DNA from: an uncultured Rhodobacteraceae bacterium
GTDB lineage: Bacteria; Pseudomonadota; Alphaproteobacteria; Rhodobacterales; Rhodobacteraceae
Length of the DNA: 64,000 bases
Direction of reading: 5' to 3'
NCBI GenBank assembly: GCA_937995865.1
Contig: CALKJA010000011.1
Location: 4,635 to 68,634, forward strand
The position numbers and the translations under genes are program-made. The notes beneath the pieces were generated by a model. That model did not search any database. It was not told the DNA's origin and was given only the letters and a program-made list of their open reading frames with translations. This document shows, piece after piece, positions 58,989-64,000 of this stretch (positions within the stretch are counted from its first letter, which is position 1; each line of letters begins with the position of its first letter).

Positions 58989-59980
58989 TGGGGGGCGGGA
59001 AACGGAGGGCTGACGCCCAACACCTTGAGCTGTCCGTTACGCCGCGGCGCAAAGGCATCATTCTTGCAGGGGGGGCAGGCTCGCGATTGTGGCCACTCAC
59101 CCACGCGGTCTCAAAGCAGCTGATGCCCGTCTATGACAAACCAATGATCTATTATCCGCTCACCACGCTGATGGACGCAAATATCCGCGATATCGCCATC
59201 ATCACGACACCCGAACACCGTGCCGCCTTTGAAATGGCGCTTGGGGATGGTGAGCATTGGGGCATAACGCTGACCTATATCACGCAACCCGCACCGGAAG
59301 GGTTGGCGCAGGCTTATGTGCTGGCTGAAGGGTTTCTGGCCGGAGCACCCTCTGCGATGATCTTGGGGGATAACATTTTCTATGCGCCCGGACTGGGGCG
59401 GCAATTGGCGCAGGCGGCCCATGCAACGCAAGGCGCTTTGGTGATCACAAAATCCGTGCCGGATGCCTCGCGGTTTGGTGTTGTATCTCTTGATGCGGCC
59501 GGTGGGGTGGTCTCAATTGAGGAAAAACCACAGGTTCCTAGATCAGACTTGGCGCTCACGGGGCTTTATCTGATGGATTCACGGGCCTCCAACTGGGCGG
59601 GATGGATTCAACCCTCGGCCCGCGGAGAGCTGGAAATCACGGCATTGCTGGAGGTGTACAAAAGCGCCAAAGCGCTTGAGGTTGTGCAGCTTGATCCAAA
59701 CGCGACGTGGTTTGACACCGGCACGCATCGGTCGTTGATGGAAGCAGGGCAATTTGTATCTCGCTTGCAAGCCCGGATCGGGACACTGTTAGGTTCGCCT
59801 GAGATTGCGGCGTTTGAACAGGGATGGATCACGCGCAGGCAGATTGCGGCGGCGGCAAAGCGGTATGAAAAAACCGCTTATGGCGCGGCCCTGCGGGCTC
59901 AGCTTGCTCCTCAGGGTGCGGCGCGCGTGCATTCACCGGGCTCAACAGCCTTGGTGGAGCCGCACAGGGCGGCAGGATGA
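58988..59980 (+). CDS. rfbA: Glucose-1-phosphate thymidylyltransferase
   Basis: GIILAGGAGSRL, SKQLMPVYDKPMIYYPL, LGDNIF, EEKP, SARGELEIT, WFDTGT; exact start uncertain. Confidence 0.93.
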   Translation: MGGGKRRADAQHLELSVTPRRKGIILAGGAGSRLWPLTHAVSKQLMPVYDKPMIYYPLTTLMDANIRDIAIITTPEHRAAFEMALGDGEHWGITLTYITQPAPEGLAQAYVLAEGFLAGAPSAMILGDNIFYAPGLGRQLAQAAHATQGALVITKSVPDASRFGVVSLDAAGGVVSIEEKPQVPRSDLALTGLYLMDSRASNWAGWIQPSARGELEITALLEVYKSAKALEVVQLDPNATWFDTGTHRSLMEAGQFVSRLQARIGTLLGSPEIAAFEQGWITRRQIAAAAKRYEKTAYGAALRAQLAPQGAARVHSPGSTALVEPHRAAG

Positions 59981-60789
59981 CCCTGCGTTTACGTTCCGGG
60001 CCGGGCCGCACGGGGCGCCGCATTGCTCCCGCGCAAAACCCGGCGGCTTTTGGGGGGCGAACAGCCCCTTTGCTACGGCTGCCCCGGCTTGGATTTCCCA
60101 ACAGCAGGGCTGCTGCGTTCCACTTTGCTCCCGCGGATATTCTGAGCCGTCCAAAAGTGCGCGCAGATGCGGCACTTTCGCTGCGTGTTATGGGGCGCGT
60201 CCCGGAAGGATCGCGGCGTAGGGACGGGCTGAAACGGGCGGCAGATATTGGGATAGCCCTTTTGAGTTTGCCAATCGTGCTGATTTGCGGGGCTGTCCTG
60301 ATCATGCTCAACCCGCTTTTTAATCCGGGTCCGCTGTTCTTTGTGCAAACCCGCGTTGGACGGAACGGGCACAGCTTTTCTATGATCAAGTTTCGCAGCA
60401 TGGTGGGGATACCAAGAACGCTGGCCTTTGCGCCAGCGGAAGCGGCCCGCATACGCCCGCTGGGCCGATGGTTGCGCCGGGTGCATTTGGATGAGTTGCC
60501 CCAAGCGTTCAACATCCTGCGCGGCGAGATGAGCCTTGTGGGACCGCGGCCTGAACGCCCCGCTTTTGTGGCTCGATATAGCGCGGTTCTGCCGGGATAT
60601 GCCCGCCGGCATCTTGTCCGGCCCGGGCTGACCGGGCTTGCGCAGGTCGCTCTTGGCTACACAACGACGCTTGAAGAGACGCACAGAAAACTGGCATTTG
60701 ATCTAAGCTATATCCAGACAGCCACTTTCGGGCGCGATATGCGCCTGCTCTGGCGCACGGCTGTTGTGATCTTGCGGGGACGCCGCTAA
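59977..60789 (+). CDS. Priming sugar transferase (phosphoglycosyl transferase)
   Basis: LKRAAD, KFRSM, LDELPQ, GEMSLVGPRPE, RPGLTGLAQV; true start may be downstream (e.g. 60190). Confidence 0.88.
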   Translation: MTLRLRSGPGRTGRRIAPAQNPAAFGGRTAPLLRLPRLGFPNSRAAAFHFAPADILSRPKVRADAALSLRVMGRVPEGSRRRDGLKRAADIGIALLSLPIVLICGAVLIMLNPLFNPGPLFFVQTRVGRNGHSFSMIKFRSMVGIPRTLAFAPAEAARIRPLGRWLRRVHLDELPQAFNILRGEMSLVGPRPERPAFVARYSAVLPGYARRHLVRPGLTGLAQVALGYTTTLEETHRKLAFDLSYIQTATFGRDMRLLWRTAVVILRGRR

Positions 60790-60858
60790 GCACAGACCGA
60801 TACATGGAAGGCTCCGGGACGGCTTTGGGCCAACTCAACGGAAACGGGGGAGACCGAA

Positions 60859-61875
60859 ATGGCGCGCAGTGTTTTGTTGACTGGTGGAGCAGGGTATATC
60901 GGCTCCCATACCTATGTTGCCTTGATTGAGGCTGGGTACCATGTTGTTATTATTGATGATTTCTCAAACTCGAAAGCAAGCGTCCTGAGCCGTTTAAGCC
61001 AGTTGACCGGCGTTAATCGGGTCAGTTCATACGAAGGATCGGTCCTTGATCCTGCTTTTTTGGATCAAGTATTTGACGCGCATGATTTTGACGCGGTTGT
61101 GCATTTTGCGGCCAAAAAAGCCGTGGGTGAGAGCACCGAGATCCCGCTTGAATATATTGAAGTAAATTGTTCAGGGCTGCTCAATCTTCTGAAGGTCATG
61201 AAAGGGCGCGGCGTGCGGCGGCTTGTCTTTAGCTCTTCGGCCACTGTGTATGGCGAGCCTGAAGAACTGCCGATCCATGAAGACGCGCCGCGCGGCTATA
61301 CCAACCCTTACGGGTTTACCAAGCTCATGGGCGAACAGATCCTTGAGCAGGCTGCAGCAGCGGACCCGGCTTGGGCCTTTGGTATCTTGCGCTACTTCAA
61401 CCCGGTTGGTGCGCATCCGAGTGGCCTGATTGGAGAAGATCCATCCGATATCCCAAACAACCTTATGCCATATATCGCCAAAGTTGCGGCGGGCGACCTA
61501 CCGCATTTGGGCGTGTTCGGGAGTGATTATGACACGCCAGACGGAACGGGCGTGCGCGACTATATCCACGTCTGCGATCTGGCGGAGGGCCATGTGCAAT
61601 CGCTTTCGAAGTTGATCGAAACCGATGACGGCCACACCGTCAATCTGGGTACTGGAAACGGGCTGAGTGTGTTAGAGATGCTCGCGGCCTATGGTCGGGC
61701 GTGCGGCCGCGACCTCCCTTATGAAATGAAACCTCGGCGCCCTGGCGATGTTGCAGCGTGCTACGCAGAAGCGTCACGCGCGCGCGCGCTGCTGGGGTTT
61801 GAGGCCACTCGCGGGCTTGACGACATGTGCGCAAGCTCATGGCATTGGATCACTACAGGATCAAAGGACGCGTAA
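60859..61875 (+). CDS. galE: UDP-glucose 4-epimerase
   Basis: TGGAGYIGSH, KAVGES, FSSSATVYG, YGFTK, LRYFNPVGAH, PNNLMP, DGTGVRDYIHV. Confidence 0.96.
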   Translation: MARSVLLTGGAGYIGSHTYVALIEAGYHVVIIDDFSNSKASVLSRLSQLTGVNRVSSYEGSVLDPAFLDQVFDAHDFDAVVHFAAKKAVGESTEIPLEYIEVNCSGLLNLLKVMKGRGVRRLVFSSSATVYGEPEELPIHEDAPRGYTNPYGFTKLMGEQILEQAAAADPAWAFGILRYFNPVGAHPSGLIGEDPSDIPNNLMPYIAKVAAGDLPHLGVFGSDYDTPDGTGVRDYIHVCDLAEGHVQSLSKLIETDDGHTVNLGTGNGLSVLEMLAAYGRACGRDLPYEMKPRRPGDVAACYAEASRARALLGFEATRGLDDMCASSWHWITTGSKDA

Positions 61876-62888
61876 TGCGCACTGTTCTTATCACCGGCAC
61901 AGCCGGATTTATCGGGTTTCATCTGGCGCGGATTTTGCTGGCCGAAGGCTTCCGCGTGGCAGGCTATGATGGCATGACCGATTATTACGAGGTCTCACTC
62001 AAAGAACGCCGCCATGCGATGCTGCGCCAGCACGAGCACTTTACCGCCAAAGAAGCGCTGCTTGAGGATGCCGATGGGCTGATGGCCTATGCGCAAGAGG
62101 TCAAGCCAGACGTGATCGTGCATCTCGCGGCGCAAGCGGGCGTGCGCTACAGCCTTGAGCAGCCACGCGCGTATATCGAAGCCAATATTGTGGGCACATT
62201 CAACGTGATGGAAGCCGCGCGCGAGCTTGGTGTCGATCATTTGCTCATGGCCTCCACGAGCAGTGTATATGGCGCAAACACGCTGATGCCTTTTGCTGAA
62301 ACCCACAAAGCCGACACGCCGATGACGATCTATGCCGCGACCAAAAAGGCCAATGAGGCGATGGGCCATTCCTATGCTCATTTGCATGATCTACCGGTGA
62401 CCATGTTCCGCTTTTTCACGGTCTACGGTCCGTGGGGGCGGCCCGACATGGCGCTTTATAAATTCACCAAGGGTATTCTGAACGGCACACCCATCGATAT
62501 CTATAATCACGGTGAGATGTGGCGTGATTTCACCTATGTCGAAGATTTGGTGCGCGGCATCCGTTTGTTGATCGATGCTGCTCCCGAGCGACCTGCCACT
62601 CCAGAAGACATCGCTGAGGGAGATACGCTTAGCCCCGTTGCTCCGTGGCGCGTGGTCAATATCGGCAATTCCGATAAGGTGCGCTTGATGGATTTTGTTG
62701 AGGCGATTGAAACTGCGACCGGCAAAACCGCGCAGCGCAACTACATGGCTATGCAGCCGGGGGATGTGCCAGCCACATGGGCGGATGCGGATCTGTTGCA
62801 TCACCTGACGGGTTATCGCCCCCAAACCAATGTGCGCGATGGTGTCTCCGCATTTGTTGAGTGGTATCGCGACTACTATCAGGTCTAG
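61875..62888 (+). CDS. UDP-glucuronate epimerase (LspL/CapI-like)
   Basis: TGTAGFIG, HLAAQAGVRYS, ASTSSVYG, YAATKKANE, RFFTVYGPWGRPDMA. Confidence 0.9.
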   Translation: MRTVLITGTAGFIGFHLARILLAEGFRVAGYDGMTDYYEVSLKERRHAMLRQHEHFTAKEALLEDADGLMAYAQEVKPDVIVHLAAQAGVRYSLEQPRAYIEANIVGTFNVMEAARELGVDHLLMASTSSVYGANTLMPFAETHKADTPMTIYAATKKANEAMGHSYAHLHDLPVTMFRFFTVYGPWGRPDMALYKFTKGILNGTPIDIYNHGEMWRDFTYVEDLVRGIRLLIDAAPERPATPEDIAEGDTLSPVAPWRVVNIGNSDKVRLMDFVEAIETATGKTAQRNYMAMQPGDVPATWADADLLHHLTGYRPQTNVRDGVSAFVEWYRDYYQV

Positions 62889-62915
62889 GGTGCTCCCGAA
62901 GCGGGAGGTCTCATA

Positions 62916-64000
62916 ATGAGCATGACGGGTGGAGAGTTGCTGGTGCGCAGCCTTGAGGGGCTGGGTGTGACACGGGCATTTGGCGTGCCAGGTGAGAGCT
63001 ATCTTGCCGTGCTGGATGCGCTCCATGACAGCCCAATTGATCTGACATTGACGCGCCATGAGGGTGGCGCGGGGTTTATGGCCTGTGCGTATGGACAGCT
63101 CACGGGCCAGCCGGGGATATGTATGGTGACGCGTGGCCCGGGGGCCACGAATGCATCCATCGGCGTGCATTCGGCGATGCAAGGATCGGTGCCAATGATC
63201 CTTTTTGTGGGCCAGATCGCGCGTTGGATGCGCGAGCGCGAGGCGTTTCAAGAGCTCGATTACCGCGCCGTTTTTGGCAGCATGGTGAAATGGGTTACCG
63301 AAATTGATGATCCGGCCCGAATTCCAGAGGTGCTTGCGCGGGCATGGCACACGGCAACGTCTGGGCGTCCCGGTCCAGTGGTGATTGCGCTGCCGGAGGA
63401 TATGCTGGTGGAGCATGTTGAAGCGGTGCCGCTTGATCACCCGCCTGCCTATTTTGGCCCTGCCGTTTCTCCAAGCGCGAGGAAGGCCGCGCGCGCGGCC
63501 TTGGCGCGGGCGGAAAGGCCACTTGTGATCGCGGGCGGGGGCGGCTGGAGCGACACTGCACGCTCTGCGTTAAATGGCTGGCTGTCAGGTGCTGGAATTC
63601 CCGCTTTAGCGGCTTTCCGTTTTCATGATCTTTTAGATCACCACCAACCCTATTTCGCCGGTGTGGCCGGGGTTGGCATGACACCACAAGCTAAATCCTT
63701 GATCTCAGATGCGGATACGATCCTTGCAATCAACATCCGTTTTGGGGAGATGACGACAGACGGCTATACCCTTTTTAAAGACCCAGATCAGACACTCATT
63801 CATACGCATCTTAGCGATCGCGAACTGGGTAAAGTGGTGCAGGCTGATGTATCAATCCATGCCGCACCTGAGGCTGTAATTGATGCTTTGCAAGGGCTGC
63901 ACTGCGCGCCGCGGGAAGATGCCGCACGGGTGGCTGTGGGGGCCAAATGGTTATCTCAGGCGCGCATCGGATATGAAGCGAGCCTGACCGCGCCGCCTCA
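62916..64000 (+). CDS. ThDP-dependent enzyme, acetolactate synthase large-subunit-like (3' partial; not in the ORF track)
   Basis: Manual translation after GGGAGG RBS: MSMTGGELLV...FGVPGESYL...RHEGGAGFMA...TRGPGATNA...SGRPGPV; appears to run off the window end. Confidence 0.88.
   Translation, partial: MSMTGGELLVRSLEGLGVTRAFGVPGESYLAVLDALHDSPIDLTLTRHEGGAGFMACAYGQLTGQPGICMVTRGPGATNASIGVHSAMQGSVPMILFVGQIARWMREREAFQELDYRAVFGSMVKWVTEIDDPARIPEVLARAWHTATSGRPGPVVIALPEDMLVEHVEAVPLDHPPAYFGPAVSPSARKAARAALARAERPLVIAGGGGWSDTARSALNGWLSGAGIPALAAFRFHDLLDHHQPYFAGVAGVGMTPQAKSLISDADTILAINIRFGEMTTDGYTLFKDPDQTLIHTHLSDRELGKVVQADVSIHAAPEAVIDALQGLHCAPREDAARVAVGAKWLSQARIGYEASLTAPP

Noticed and set aside
62391-63440. 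349-aa minus-strand ORF
   Set aside because: Antisense shadow of the epimerase and ThDP genes. The same applies to other long overlapping ORFs such as 4986-5675, 18047-18919, 29752-30693 and 48792-49610.
1-64000. Prophage, IS, integrase, tRNA or rRNA genes
   Set aside because: No matching ORFs or RNA signatures seen; intergenic spaces are short.

Overview
GC-rich, gene-dense chromosomal segment whose gene content and protein sequences look like a marine Rhodobacteraceae/Roseobacter-group alphaproteobacterium (inference). Left to right: bamB-like (partial)-der, DUF2235 hydrolase, TspO-like protein, serS, betC-like sulfatase, xylB/kynU, the cpATP-grasp/alpha-E/transglutaminase/Anbu operon, gluconate 5-dehydrogenase-like SDR and dld, a ~15.4 kb inositol cluster with two iolB and two iolC paralogues plus a class II aldolase and a PhyH dioxygenase, a UbiB kinase, rocF-ocd-putA with a divergent Lrp, an orphan phnM, a GcvT/MttB/TetR/FAD-oxidase operon, znuA/zur-znuCB, a formylglycine-generating enzyme (FGE), a 1057-aa reductive dehalogenase-reductase fusion, DUF1428, glmM, rfbCBDA-sugar transferase-galE-UDP-glucuronate epimerase, and a partial ThDP enzyme. 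I found no rRNA, tRNA, CRISPR array, transposase or integrase. The most unusual signals are: (i) a 41-bp non-coding element of three 11-bp repeats, present twice 45 kb apart (37/41 identical), next to the sulfatase and upstream of its likely maturase FGE; (ii) an FGE carrying its own CxPxR substrate motif, directly downstream of the dehalogenase; (iii) a Lys-to-Arg change in the sulfatase active-site motif; (iv) the doubled inositol lower pathway with a PhyH enzyme. All protein calls come from motif recognition by eye; no database search was run.
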